DNA from: Chloroflexota bacterium
GTDB lineage: Bacteria > Chloroflexota > Chloroflexia > JAMCWQ01
Reading direction: 5' to 3'
Assembly (NCBI GenBank): GCA_023480825.1
Contig: JAMCWQ010000034.1
Location: 1 to 52,927, forward strand
Length of the DNA: 52,927 nt
Part shown: positions 36,274 through 46,009 of the stretch, piece after piece
Position numbering within the stretch: the first letter of the stretch is position 1
How the letters are laid out: every line of letters starts with the position of its first letter
Notes under the pieces: generated by a model
Told to the model about the DNA's origin: nothing
What the model saw: only the letters and a program-made list of their open reading frames with translations
Databases searched by the model: none
Program-made: the position numbers and the translations under genes

Positions 36274-37164
36274 TTAGGACTTAAACCCTCCAGGTCTTAG
36301 CAGGTCTGCTAGACCATCTGCCAGCAAGGCAAACCCCACGCCAGCAATGACGATCGCTATGCCGGGAAATGTCGATATCCACCATCCAGTTGTCATGAAC
36401 CCCCGTCCCGAGGATATCAGAGCGCCCCATTCGGCCTGCGGCGGCTGAACCCCCAACCCTAGGAATCCCAGCGATGACGCTACGAGAATGTTGAGCACCA
36501 CGTCGACAGCGGCAAATACAATTGCTGGTGTAATGACGTTCGGCAGGATGTGGATTGCCATAATGCGGAGATTCCCGTAGCCGAGTGTCTTGGCGGCCAT
36601 GACATATTCGAGATTCTTAGCGACCAGGATCTCTCCCCGGATGATCCTGGCGTAGATAATCCAACTGGCTACGGTGATGGCGATAACAGCGTTCTGTAGG
36701 CCGGGGCCCATGACGGCAATGATGGCGATGATCAGGACCATGAAGGGGAAAGCGATTACCACGTCCACCAGTCGCATGATGACGTTGTCGACAATCCCGC
36801 CGTAGTAGCCGGACAGCATGCCGACTACAATGCCGATCAAGAACGGAAACAGCACCGACAGAACGCCTACTTGGAGGTCAAGCGGAGTAGCGCTGATGAT
36901 CCGGGAGAGCACATCCCGGCCGAAATTATCAGTCCCGAGCAGATGCTGGGCATTAGGGGCCTGTAGAATATTGTTCCAGTCCTGGGCAATCGGATCATAG
37001 GGAGCAATTTGGTTGGAAAAGACGGCGACAAGCCCCATAACTAGAACGAGGACTCCTCCAACCACTAGCGCAGGATTCCTACGGAGAATGCTTCGCCCCC
37101 CGCTCGCTGACCGGAGCATTCCCCGGAGGCCCGTATGCTCAGCTGTAACCAATGGTGTCGACAT
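36274..37164 (-). CDS. ABC transporter permease (DppC/OppC type)
   Basis: The protein is multi-TM and carries an EAA-like loop (...YVMAAKTLGYGNLRIMAIHILPN...). Confidence 0.88.
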   Translation of the reverse strand: MSTPLVTAEHTGLRGMLRSASGGRSILRRNPALVVGGVLVLVMGLVAVFSNQIAPYDPIAQDWNNILQAPNAQHLLGTDNFGRDVLSRIISATPLDLQVGVLSVLFPFLIGIVVGMLSGYYGGIVDNVIMRLVDVVIAFPFMVLIIAIIAVMGPGLQNAVIAITVASWIIYARIIRGEILVAKNLEYVMAAKTLGYGNLRIMAIHILPNVITPAIVFAAVDVVLNILVASSLGFLGLGVQPPQAEWGALISSGRGFMTTGWWISTFPGIAIVIAGVGFALLADGLADLLRPGGFKS

Positions 37165-37187
37165 GTCTTGGTACTCTTACCCTGGAA

Positions 37188-38126
37188 TCATAAAGTCACA
37201 CGCGGATCGAGAAATGAATAGGTCAAGTCAGTGGCAATATTGATTATCACCACAATGCCCGCGAAAACCAGGGTTGCGCCCTGAACAACCGCATAGTCAC
37301 GGGCGAAAATAGCGTCCAACATCAGCATCCCCATGCCGGGGATAGCGAACACCCGCTCGACGACCACTGTGCCGCCGACCAGGTAGCCGACGTTTAGTCC
37401 CAGTATCGTCACAGTTGGAATCAGGGCGTTGCGCAGGATGTGTTTCATGAGGACCATTCGCTCACGCAGGCCCTTGGCTCTGGCAAAATCGACATAGTCG
37501 GCGCCCAAAACATCGATGACATCAGAGCGTAGAGATCTGACCAACATAGCTGCTTGAGAAAGCCCCAGTGTGAATGCAGGCAAGAAGAGATAATAGAAGT
37601 GGTCGGCAAAAGTGTCTCCATACCCGCTCACAGGAAAGATGCCGATACGCACACTAAAGATCATCAGGAGCAGGATGCCGACCCAGAACTGGGGCATGCC
37701 CAGAGCCAAGACAAACCCCCCTCGGATCATTTGATCGGCCAGTCTGTCCTTCCGCAGGGCTGACCAAATGGCCATTGGTACCGTTAAGACCACCGAAATG
37801 ACCGTGGCGTAGAAAACCAGGAACAGGGTAATTGGGAACCGCTGCCCAATCAACTGCCCGACCGGGGAGTCATACATGAAGGAATTGCCGAGATCAAGCG
37901 ACGCTAGATCCCGCAGGAAGAAGAGATACTGTGTCCAAAGAGGCTGGTCCAAACCCATCCGGGCTCGGAGGTTGGCGACGGCTTCGGCAGTAGCATGGAT
38001 GCCAAGTCTGATCTGAGCCGGATCCCCTGGGATAGATCTGATAAGAAAGAAGAGGACAATCGTGATTCCGAGGGCAACCGGAATCAATTGGAGCAACCGG
38101 ACAACTATGTAGTTGAATCTGCGCAA
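37188..38126 (-). CDS. ABC transporter permease (DppB/OppB type)
   Basis: It has the N-terminus ...IVVRLLQLIPVALGITIVLFFLIRSIPGDP... and an EAA loop ...DYVDFARAKGLRERMVLMKHILRNALIP.... Confidence 0.9.
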   Translation of the reverse strand: MRRFNYIVVRLLQLIPVALGITIVLFFLIRSIPGDPAQIRLGIHATAEAVANLRARMGLDQPLWTQYLFFLRDLASLDLGNSFMYDSPVGQLIGQRFPITLFLVFYATVISVVLTVPMAIWSALRKDRLADQMIRGGFVLALGMPQFWVGILLLMIFSVRIGIFPVSGYGDTFADHFYYLFLPAFTLGLSQAAMLVRSLRSDVIDVLGADYVDFARAKGLRERMVLMKHILRNALIPTVTILGLNVGYLVGGTVVVERVFAIPGMGMLMLDAIFARDYAVVQGATLVFAGIVVIINIATDLTYSFLDPRVTL

Positions 38127-38213
38127 AGGACTGGCCTCCCGCTAGGATACCTCAGGACTCTGGAGGAGGTCCTGCCCACACAAAATCTGTGTGGGCAGGA
38201 CCTCTTCAAGCTA

Positions 38214-39878
38214 CTAGGAGATGTCTAGGTCTCGCCACACGTAAGTGCCAAGGTAAGTCTGAGCAAAGTTCTTGACGTTCTTCCGCACGACTATCAAGTA
38301 CGGTTCATGCCATAACGGGATGAGCGGCACTTCGTCGTTAAAAATCTCCTGTATACGGAAGTAGATCGCCTTGCGTTTCTCAGGGTCGGTCTCCTTTACG
38401 CCCTCGGCAGCCAGCGTGTCGCACTCCGAATTCTGGAATCCGCTGTGCATCGACTCTGCGGTCGCGAAAACAACTGCATAGTTGGTCTGCTCGCTGGGGT
38501 CCGGAATGTCGTCAGTCCATTGGACAATCTGCATCTCGAACTTGTTGTTATAGTAGTTGTCGTTCCACAGGCCGGTCTCCAGTTCCTGTATTGTCAAATC
38601 GACACCGATCTTGGACCACATGTCCTTGATGACCGTCGCCGCCTGCTTGTCGCCCTCACTAGCTCCGTTGACCTGTAACGTAGCTTTGATGCCGCTTCCA
38701 TATCCGGCATCCTTTAGCAGACCCTGTGCTTTTGCTGTGTCGTACGGCCAACCTGGAAGGCTATCATCGTAGTACACCGTTCCAGCCGGGCGGAAGGTCT
38801 TGGCCGGGATTCCGATTCCGAAATTGATGGTCCTAATCAACGCGTCCCGGTCGATGGCGTAGGACAGGGCTTGGCGGACGCGCTTGTCATCAAAAGGCTT
38901 GTTGCGATTGTTAACCGTGATCTGTGTAACCTGCGCCGCATTGAATTGCAGCACGTTTAGATTTGAGTCGGTCTTCAACTGCGCAACCTGGCTCTTGGGA
39001 GGGAAGTTGATGGCGTCAACGTCGCCTTTCTGCACAGCCAGGACTCGGGTGTTGTCCTCAGGTATGTACTTGAGCAGTATTTCGTCTACCAGTGGCTTTC
39101 CCTGCTCCCAGTAGTTTGGATTCTTGACCAGCGTCATCGTGTCGCCCTTGACCCATTCCTTCATGATGTAGGGGCCGGTCCCCACCGGTTGCAGCATGAA
39201 CTTCTCCCAGCCCCCAGTCTTGGCGACCAGCGCTTCCGGCATTACAACAGTGTTAAAGAGCGCCATCGAGTATATGAATGGAACGTTAGGCTGCTTGAGT
39301 GTGATTACCACCTGAGTGTCGGTGGCTTCTATCTTGTCGAACCCTTCTAGGGTAAATGAGAAGATCCCGTTCTTGGGGTCCACTGCCCGGTTAATGGACC
39401 AAACAAAATCGCTGCCCTTCACCGGCGTTCCATCGGAGAACTTGAGGCCGGGCTTAAGCTGGAATGTGTAAGTGAGTTGGTCTTGGGAAATCTCCCATTT
39501 ATCGGCCAGGTCACCCTCGACGGTCGTGTCGGCCTTGAAGCGCAGAAGGCCACTGTAATACTGCTGCATATACCAAATGTCTGCGTTGTTGTCATTCATG
39601 ACAGGGTCAGGGACTATGGCATCCAAGTATCGCCCGAACTTGAAGGTCTTCGCACCACCTGTGGACTGTCCGGTTGTTGTACTTGTGGCCGAAGCGGTCT
39701 CCGAGGCCGCTGGTGTTGAAGTAGCCGCTCCCCCTCCGCAGGAGGCCAGGAATGTGACCAACGGCGTCGCCGTCAGGCCGAGGGCAGCCATTGCCTTGAG
39801 CAACTGCCGCCGTGGCACCCTACCATTCAACACGTCTTGCAGCAACTTCTGGTACTCCGGCGAATCTGAAGCGCCCAT
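38214..39878 (-). CDS. ABC transporter substrate-binding lipoprotein, family 5 (DppA/OppA type)
   Basis: It has an RRQLLK twin-Arg-like signal plus the lipobox LASC. The family-5 SBP body includes ...YLIVVRKNVKNF.... ATG 39878 is preceded by GGAGGGGG. Confidence 0.88.
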   Translation of the reverse strand: MGASDSPEYQKLLQDVLNGRVPRRQLLKAMAALGLTATPLVTFLASCGGGAATSTPAASETASATSTTTGQSTGGAKTFKFGRYLDAIVPDPVMNDNNADIWYMQQYYSGLLRFKADTTVEGDLADKWEISQDQLTYTFQLKPGLKFSDGTPVKGSDFVWSINRAVDPKNGIFSFTLEGFDKIEATDTQVVITLKQPNVPFIYSMALFNTVVMPEALVAKTGGWEKFMLQPVGTGPYIMKEWVKGDTMTLVKNPNYWEQGKPLVDEILLKYIPEDNTRVLAVQKGDVDAINFPPKSQVAQLKTDSNLNVLQFNAAQVTQITVNNRNKPFDDKRVRQALSYAIDRDALIRTINFGIGIPAKTFRPAGTVYYDDSLPGWPYDTAKAQGLLKDAGYGSGIKATLQVNGASEGDKQAATVIKDMWSKIGVDLTIQELETGLWNDNYYNNKFEMQIVQWTDDIPDPSEQTNYAVVFATAESMHSGFQNSECDTLAAEGVKETDPEKRKAIYFRIQEIFNDEVPLIPLWHEPYLIVVRKNVKNFAQTYLGTYVWRDLDIS

Positions 39879-40563
39879 GATACCCCCTCCATCCGTTTTC
39901 ATTGACCGAGACAATTCATGTGAACGATGTGACATGACGAACCCAGATACTCGCAGGCTCACCCAGGGCAGCAGGCCTGCCACCTGCTGGACCGGTCTAC
40001 AAAAACTTCAACTGATAGACGGAGAAACGAACGGGCGAAAGACTTGTTTTTGCGAGTGTGCTAGCCTACCGAAAGACGAGTTTGCGAAAATTGGCGGAAT
40101 CGCAAATTGCCATGCTAAGAGCGCCGGGCGACCCAGCGAATTGAAGAATTGCCGAGTACCGAGATGACGATGGTAGTCTACCACCGCCCATAGAACTCAA
40201 ATACTACAAAAGCAAACACGAATGAAGAAATGACGAACGCTCAGTCTTTGTCGTTTGTTCAGGACCTAAGCAACTCGATGCCGTCGGAGTTGCGACCCGT
40301 AAATGTGACACGAGCCATCCGGGGTACTGGATGTTGGGTGAACTAAGAGTACATCACATTGCGCGCAGTATACTCTCAGCCAGTTCCTTTGTCAATACTC
40401 TTGCCCGCTCACAGTTGCTGGTGTAGACTGCGAGGTGAACTCATCGACTTGGCACTGGCAGTGCCGGCCGCTCCAGAGTTCATCGGCATTAACAAGCAAG
40501 GCGAGACGACGAAACCGGGCCAGTGCTGTCACACCGGCCCGGCGATGATGAAAGGAGTAGATC

Positions 40564-40812
40564 GTGGCCACTCCCTTCAATGTAGTTGTACGTCAGAAAA
40601 AGGGGAAAATTGAGTCTCCGGAAGTAGAGGAGAAGAGGGACTTTATCACATTTCTGGAACGAGCCAGCTCCGATGAACTGAGAATGTTTGTGGGATATCT
40701 GAGGGAGAAGGATCCAGAAAACTGCTTGCTACCACTATTCACCAAGCTGATCGAGGTGACCGACCGGGCCGAAAGGGCCGCCGAGGCTGTAGTCAGGCGG
40801 CCACGCCAATAG
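40564..40812 (+). CDS. Hypothetical small protein (82 aa)
   Basis: The GTG start is preceded by AAGGAG at 7 nt. It sits in a 1.2-kb otherwise non-coding spacer. No family recognised. Confidence 0.4.
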   Translation: MATPFNVVVRQKKGKIESPEVEEKRDFITFLERASSDELRMFVGYLREKDPENCLLPLFTKLIEVTDRAERAAEAVVRRPRQ

Positions 40813-40942
40813 GACCGCCATCAACACCACGGAAACCTGTCCGATGACCCGGGCCTGAAATCGTCTTACGCTGTCATCCTGAATCGTGTACCTCGTTATT
40901 GATATAGCCACCCGAAATATTGCCAGGGGAAGGTAGGGCGTT

Positions 40943-41108
40943 CTGTCATTCCTCCAGCCCGCCCATGCGGGAATCGAGTGTAATGCTTGATTAGAAAGGC
41001 GGGCTGGAGGAATCCGTGCCTGGTTGGGAGGGAAGACGGATTCCTCAGTCGCTATTGCATTCTCGCCCCGGATGCCCTTAGAATCTGCCCGCTCCTTAGG
41101 AATGACAG
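40943..41108. mobile_element. MITE-like nested-palindrome repeat, same family as 11319-11522
   Basis: The terminal repeats are CTGTCATTCC (40943-40952) and GGAATGACAG (41099-41108). Internal stems are CCTCCAGCCCGCC/GGCGGGCTGGAGG (13 bp) and GAGGAATCCGT/ACGGATTCCTC (11 bp). Confidence 0.6.
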
Positions 41109-41181
41109 TTCTGCCTATCTACTTGTCTGGACGGTATTTCTACATGAAGCTCTTTGCAATCCTCCTGAGCGGCCTTGAGCC

Positions 41182-42255
41182 CTATAAGGGGAGACACTTC
41201 CTCACCTCTTGGACTATGGTCTCCAGGTCTTGCGTAGTCAAGGAAGGATGGACAGGCAGAGATAGCACTTCGGAACTGGCCCTTTCCGCCACGGGCAGTG
41301 TGCCATTGTAGCCAAGGCCCACATAGAGTTGCTGCTTGTGCACGGGTATTGGGTAGTGAATGCCAGTGCCAATGCCGGCAGCGTTAAGAAATGTGGCTAC
41401 CTCATCCCGGCCTGTGCGGACACGTATCGTATACTGGTGATAGACGTGCTTGTAGCCAGCGGGTGTGCTGGGTGTGATGCCGGACGGCAGATTGGCGTTG
41501 AGATACCCAGCGTTCGCTATCCGTTTGGACGTAAACTCCTCGAGGCGATTGAGTTGCGCCAGGCCAATTGCGGCCTGGAGGTCGGTCAACCGGTAGTTGT
41601 AGCCGAGCACCGGATGGTCGTACTTGGCGCGCTGTCCCTGGTTTCGTAACATTCTCACCTGTTCGGCAATTTCGTCGTGGTCCGTCGTGATGGCGCCGCC
41701 TTCTCCTGTGGTGATGTTCTTTGTGGCGTAGAAGGAGAAGCAGCCGGTTCCAAAGCTGCCAGCCGGCTTGTTCCCGATGGCGGCACCGATCGCTTGCGCG
41801 GCATCCTCGATTATGGCCAGATGGTGATTAGAGGCGATCTCGTGCAATGCGGCCATATCAGCCGGGCAACCATAGAGATGCGTGGGGAGTATGGCCTTTG
41901 TCCTCTTGGTAATTTTGGCTTCGATGGCGGATGGGTCAAGGTTTAGGGTGTCGTCGCAGATATCGGCAAATACCGGCCTTGCCCCCGTATAGAGCACAGC
42001 ATTTGCCGTGGCAATGAAGGTAAAGGGAGTTGTAATTACCTCGTCGCCCGGGCCGATCCCATGCGCTAGAAGCGCTAGGTGGAGAGCGGCGGTGCCCGAT
42101 GAGACCGCCAATGCGTGTTTCACGCCGACCACTTCGGCGAGCTGCTTCTCAAACTGCTCTACGATCTTTCCTTGAACCAAGTGCCGTGATCGCAGCACCC
42201 CCACAACCGCGTCGATTTCCTCTTTTTCCAGAACCGGCGATGCTATCGGGATCAT
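41182..42255 (-). CDS. DegT/DnrJ/EryC1/StrS family PLP-dependent sugar aminotransferase
   Basis: It has ...GKIVEQFEKQLAEVVGVKHALAVSSGTAALHLAL...DEVITTPFTFIATANAV... and ...FSFYATKNITTGEGGAI... (the Schiff-base Lys context). An AGGAGG SD is present. Confidence 0.9.
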   Translation of the reverse strand: MIPIASPVLEKEEIDAVVGVLRSRHLVQGKIVEQFEKQLAEVVGVKHALAVSSGTAALHLALLAHGIGPGDEVITTPFTFIATANAVLYTGARPVFADICDDTLNLDPSAIEAKITKRTKAILPTHLYGCPADMAALHEIASNHHLAIIEDAAQAIGAAIGNKPAGSFGTGCFSFYATKNITTGEGGAITTDHDEIAEQVRMLRNQGQRAKYDHPVLGYNYRLTDLQAAIGLAQLNRLEEFTSKRIANAGYLNANLPSGITPSTPAGYKHVYHQYTIRVRTGRDEVATFLNAAGIGTGIHYPIPVHKQQLYVGLGYNGTLPVAERASSEVLSLPVHPSLTTQDLETIVQEVRKCLPL

Positions 42256-42309
42256 TAGTCGGGTACCTCCTGCAACGGATTGATCGGGGCAACTCCTGCC
42301 CGGACGAGA

Positions 42310-43383
42310 CTAACGAGAAGCGGAGAGGCCGTTTAGGATCTCTCCGGTCAAAGTCTGGGAATCAAAGATCGCATATCCGTTGAACCCATTGGCCCGGAGC
42401 AGTCCTATCTGAGCATCGCTCTGCTCCCAAGACTTAGGATTGGTCTTCCCCAACTTCAGCGAATAGGCGACTGATAGGCCCGGGACGACCCTTTCGGCAT
42501 GGGGGAGAGCCTTCCACTCGGCAATGCGGCGGCTCAGCTCGGCTTCCTCACTCGGACCGTAATAGGCCATCGGCATTACAGCGTCGATATAGCCCCCTGC
42601 CAGCCATTCGGCCCAATTCTGCAGGTGATTCGCCGAAGCAGCCTGGCCGTCCAGAACTGCGGCGGTCAGTTCTACATTGGGCTTGACTGCTTTTAGCCTG
42701 GAGTAAGCATCCTTCACCGTCTGGGGCACATCGTTGGCGCCGAAGAACTTGCGTGGGTCTATTGGGCTATATGGTGGCGGTGGGGGATAGCGGATGTAGT
42801 CCAGATGTATGCCATCCACTTCGTATTTTTGGGCGATTTCTAGGACAACGTCTCCGACGAACTGGCGCACCTCGGGCTTGGAGAAGTTCAGCCAGTGGAA
42901 ATTGTCCGGGATGCCACGCACAGTAGCAATATCCCACGACGGATGCTGGTGACGAAATTCCGTCCCCTGCACGGCGATCCCCGGACACCACCATGCCTGC
43001 ACCTTTAACCCCCGGGCATGAGCGGCTTGAACAACATATGCTAGACTATCAAAACCATTGGCAACCGAAGACGCGCGCGGCAATAGGTCACTCTCGTATC
43101 GAACAACCCCACTACCAACCAGGTAAAGCACCGTATCGAATCCCGCCTGGGCGATCTGGTCCAGTGTCGCGTCTAATTCCGCCGGGGTGCTATCCGCATC
43201 ATCTTGCACCCAAATCGCCCGCATTGCCAAGGAAGGAAGCGGCGTTGGGGTAGGGCTAGACACCATGGGAATCAACCCATTGGCTTGGCCGCACGCGGTA
43301 GCCAGCAAGAAGATTAAAAGGATTGCAATTAGACTCGAGAGTCGTAATTTATTGCCGGTGGCGTGAGCTCTCAGGGTGTTCAA
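42310..43383 (-). CDS. Glycoside-hydrolase-like GHL10 (DUF187/YngK-like) lipoprotein
   Basis: It has the lipobox LLATAC, ...RAIWV..., ...AHARGLKVQAWW... and ...VDGIHLDYIRYP..., typical of the GHL10 family. Confidence 0.7.
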   Translation of the reverse strand: MNTLRAHATGNKLRLSSLIAILLIFLLATACGQANGLIPMVSSPTPTPLPSLAMRAIWVQDDADSTPAELDATLDQIAQAGFDTVLYLVGSGVVRYESDLLPRASSVANGFDSLAYVVQAAHARGLKVQAWWCPGIAVQGTEFRHQHPSWDIATVRGIPDNFHWLNFSKPEVRQFVGDVVLEIAQKYEVDGIHLDYIRYPPPPPYSPIDPRKFFGANDVPQTVKDAYSRLKAVKPNVELTAAVLDGQAASANHLQNWAEWLAGGYIDAVMPMAYYGPSEEAELSRRIAEWKALPHAERVVPGLSVAYSLKLGKTNPKSWEQSDAQIGLLRANGFNGYAIFDSQTLTGEILNGLSASR

Positions 43384-43398
43384 GTTGCCCCCTTCCGC

Positions 43399-44748
43399 TT
43401 AGTGCCCCAAGAACCTGAGTCCATAATCCCAGATCGTCAGAGCGTCGATGTCGCCGGTGATCGCCAAGGCGCTGCGCGCATCTCCCGGCCAGCGCCCTAG
43501 CTTGACCAACGGCCGATTGCCCTCCTCAATCCGGGCGAGTAAGGAACGGGTGATTTCCGGTGCAGGACCCAACTGATCCAGATAGACTGAGTAGGCATGG
43601 GATTCACTGCTGGTCTCGACAATGTATCCCAGTTGCCGCAAGAGGGCGGGCCAGTCGGCAGGTGTGCTCCTAGGTAGGCCGACGAAGGGCCGGATACGGG
43701 AGCTAAGAACGACTGGCTGCGACTCGATCCGGCGGTATCCTTGTGTCCAGGGACGAGTCTGCCCTCTCACTTCCACGTTGCGAGCAAGAATGGCGAGGCC
43801 TTCCGGCCCGTTCCAGCGTATTCGCAAATCACCTTCCGCAGTGTCGTCTATGGAGACCTCGGAGCCGGAACGGGCACGCCACCAAGCCGAAATCTGGTTC
43901 ATTCGGGCCACCCAAACCGGTGGATCTAGCGACTGCGCCGCGGAAAGCAACTGCGAGAGGGCAAGAGCGCAGCGGGCGGTCCGTTCGGGATGCAGCATGA
44001 GAGTGAACAACTCTTCGCGCTCGTAGGTCTCGGCGAGCAATCGAGACCATGCTTGCTCAGCAAGCCCGCCACCCCCATCGTTTAAGCGGTCCAGCAACAT
44101 CTCATCGTCCGGCAAGGAAATCGGAATCTCGACCAAAGTGCCGTACATCCGGGGCAGGGAAGGACTCTCGACGGACGGCCAGGCGCCATAGAACTCGATG
44201 GCCCGCTCGTAAGCCGCGAGAGCGCTTGGCGTAACGGACCCGGCTGGAACGACATCCCATGCTATCGATTGGTTGCTTAGGTAGTCCAGCCCGGTCTCCT
44301 CGGCCGCCCGGCGCAGATGGCCGTTGAACTGCAGATAGGGTAAGCGGAATCCAGATGCCGGGATGCCTGCCGCGGAGAAGGCCATCTTGGCGCGATACAG
44401 ATCGTGAACCAGTTGTTCGTAGGGCAACTGCGAGTGGTCAATGTGGTGGTAGCCATGGATAGCAAACTCCATGCCCCTAGCGGCGCACCTTTCAAAGTCT
44501 CTGCTGTGTCGCATCACAACGCTGGCGGTAACCGGGCAGGTCGCATTACAATGAAACTGCTCCAGTATCCGGATGAACTGATCCAGGGCGTGCACCATCC
44601 GGAGAGAGGTTAGTCCATAGCCCTTGACGATGGCCTGGCCCCTCGCTAAGTAGTTGCCAAGACCTTTGGCTCGCACACCCACAACCACCGGCTTCATAAA
44701 CAAGAACCTCCTCATCTGAAACGAGAGGCTGGTTTTCTGACGCTGCAT
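43399..44748 (-). CDS. Polysaccharide deacetylase (CE4/NodB-like) domain protein
   Basis: It has ...GMEFAIHGYHHIDHSQLP... and later ...LMLHPER..., consistent with a NodB-type metal site. The long C-terminal region has no family match. Confidence 0.6.
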   Translation of the reverse strand: MQRQKTSLSFQMRRFLFMKPVVVGVRAKGLGNYLARGQAIVKGYGLTSLRMVHALDQFIRILEQFHCNATCPVTASVVMRHSRDFERCAARGMEFAIHGYHHIDHSQLPYEQLVHDLYRAKMAFSAAGIPASGFRLPYLQFNGHLRRAAEETGLDYLSNQSIAWDVVPAGSVTPSALAAYERAIEFYGAWPSVESPSLPRMYGTLVEIPISLPDDEMLLDRLNDGGGGLAEQAWSRLLAETYEREELFTLMLHPERTARCALALSQLLSAAQSLDPPVWVARMNQISAWWRARSGSEVSIDDTAEGDLRIRWNGPEGLAILARNVEVRGQTRPWTQGYRRIESQPVVLSSRIRPFVGLPRSTPADWPALLRQLGYIVETSSESHAYSVYLDQLGPAPEITRSLLARIEEGNRPLVKLGRWPGDARSALAITGDIDALTIWDYGLRFLGH

Positions 44749-44749
44749 G

Positions 44750-45994
44750 TCACACGCGATGGTTCGCTACATCCACGAATATTCCAGCTAGCCGGCCGAC
44801 GTTCTCCCGGATATCGAACTCCCGCTCGACAAGGAGGCTACCGTTGCTCACGAGGCGTTTGCGCAGCTCGGCATCCCCAGCCAAATGAGATATGGCATCG
44901 GCAAGCGCTTCGGCATTTTGTTCCGGAACAAGCCAACCCGAGTCGTCATGGCGCACCAGCTCCGGAATTCCGGAGACCGGCGTCGAAATAACTGGCAGAC
45001 CAACCGCCATGGCCTCCATAAGCACTACGGGAATGCCGTCCCGGTCACCCCCCGGAGCTACAATGCACGGGAGCACGAAGACGTCGCTTTCCCGGTATGC
45101 CTCAAGGACCTCATGACGTTCCCGCCCGCCGGCTAGAACAACCCTGTCTTGCACCCCGCAGTCAGCCGCTAGTTGTGTCAAATGGTCCTTTCCCGGTCCT
45201 TGGCCGACGATTGTGCAACGAAAGTCCTCCCCCCTTTGTTTTAGGATCTGACACGCCTGTATTAGGTAGGCATGGCCCTTCTTGCCTATCAAGCTGCCTA
45301 CTGACAAGATCTGCAGTGGCCGGCCGGCATGGGCGTTGGGGGCCGAGGGGGTGAACAAGTCGCGCCGGATTCCACAGTGAACAACGGCGATCTTATCGGC
45401 GTCGGCTCCTGGACAGAGCGCCAGGACCTGCTGCCGGTTGTAGTTGGAAATGGCGATCACCCGTGAGGCTGAGCGGGCAACCAAATCTAGCAGGTCGTTC
45501 GACGCGTAGATGTCGTAGGCGTGGACCGTGACTGTGAAGGGGATTCCTAGAAGCCTCGATACCACAGCCGCTGCCGCTCCCGGCAGCGAGGCGAAATGGG
45601 CGTGCGCCAATTGGACTCGGCTGCCCTCCAGTTTGCGGGCCACCCACGCGGCCTTCAAGAACACCGTGAGTCTCTTGAGGGCCGATTGGGAGACGGACCT
45701 CGCATACGGCTGCCGGATCAGACTCCTCAGCATGTCAAGGTAGGCCGACGGCGAATGGGCCAGGAAATGGGCCTGCGACGCCCATAATTGCCAGGAGAAT
45801 AGGCCCGGCGCGTACTCGACGTCTTTTGCCAGTTGTTGTGATAGCTGGTGCATGATGCCCGGCTTGGGCCTGAGGAGGGAGAACAAACGGATATCAACAC
45901 CCTGTTTCCTCGCTTCGGCGATCTCATCGGCGATGAAAGTCTCGGTCAAGATTGGGAATCGGGATAGGATGTAGGCGACACTCAATCTTTCCAA
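44750..45994 (-). CDS. Glycosyltransferase family 4 (GT-B fold)
   Basis: It has the C-terminal GT1/GT4 motif ...SDVFVLPCIVAPGGDRDGIPVVLMEAMAVGLPVISTPVSGIPELV.... Confidence 0.88.
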   Translation of the reverse strand: MERLSVAYILSRFPILTETFIADEIAEARKQGVDIRLFSLLRPKPGIMHQLSQQLAKDVEYAPGLFSWQLWASQAHFLAHSPSAYLDMLRSLIRQPYARSVSQSALKRLTVFLKAAWVARKLEGSRVQLAHAHFASLPGAAAAVVSRLLGIPFTVTVHAYDIYASNDLLDLVARSASRVIAISNYNRQQVLALCPGADADKIAVVHCGIRRDLFTPSAPNAHAGRPLQILSVGSLIGKKGHAYLIQACQILKQRGEDFRCTIVGQGPGKDHLTQLAADCGVQDRVVLAGGRERHEVLEAYRESDVFVLPCIVAPGGDRDGIPVVLMEAMAVGLPVISTPVSGIPELVRHDDSGWLVPEQNAEALADAISHLAGDAELRKRLVSNGSLLVEREFDIRENVGRLAGIFVDVANHRV

Positions 45995-46009
45995 CTCGCG
46001 ACCAACCTC

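Noticed and set aside
39577-40167. 196 aa plus-strand ORF
   Set aside because: It is mostly antisense to the SBP gene signal-peptide region. It has no SD and low-complexity composition.
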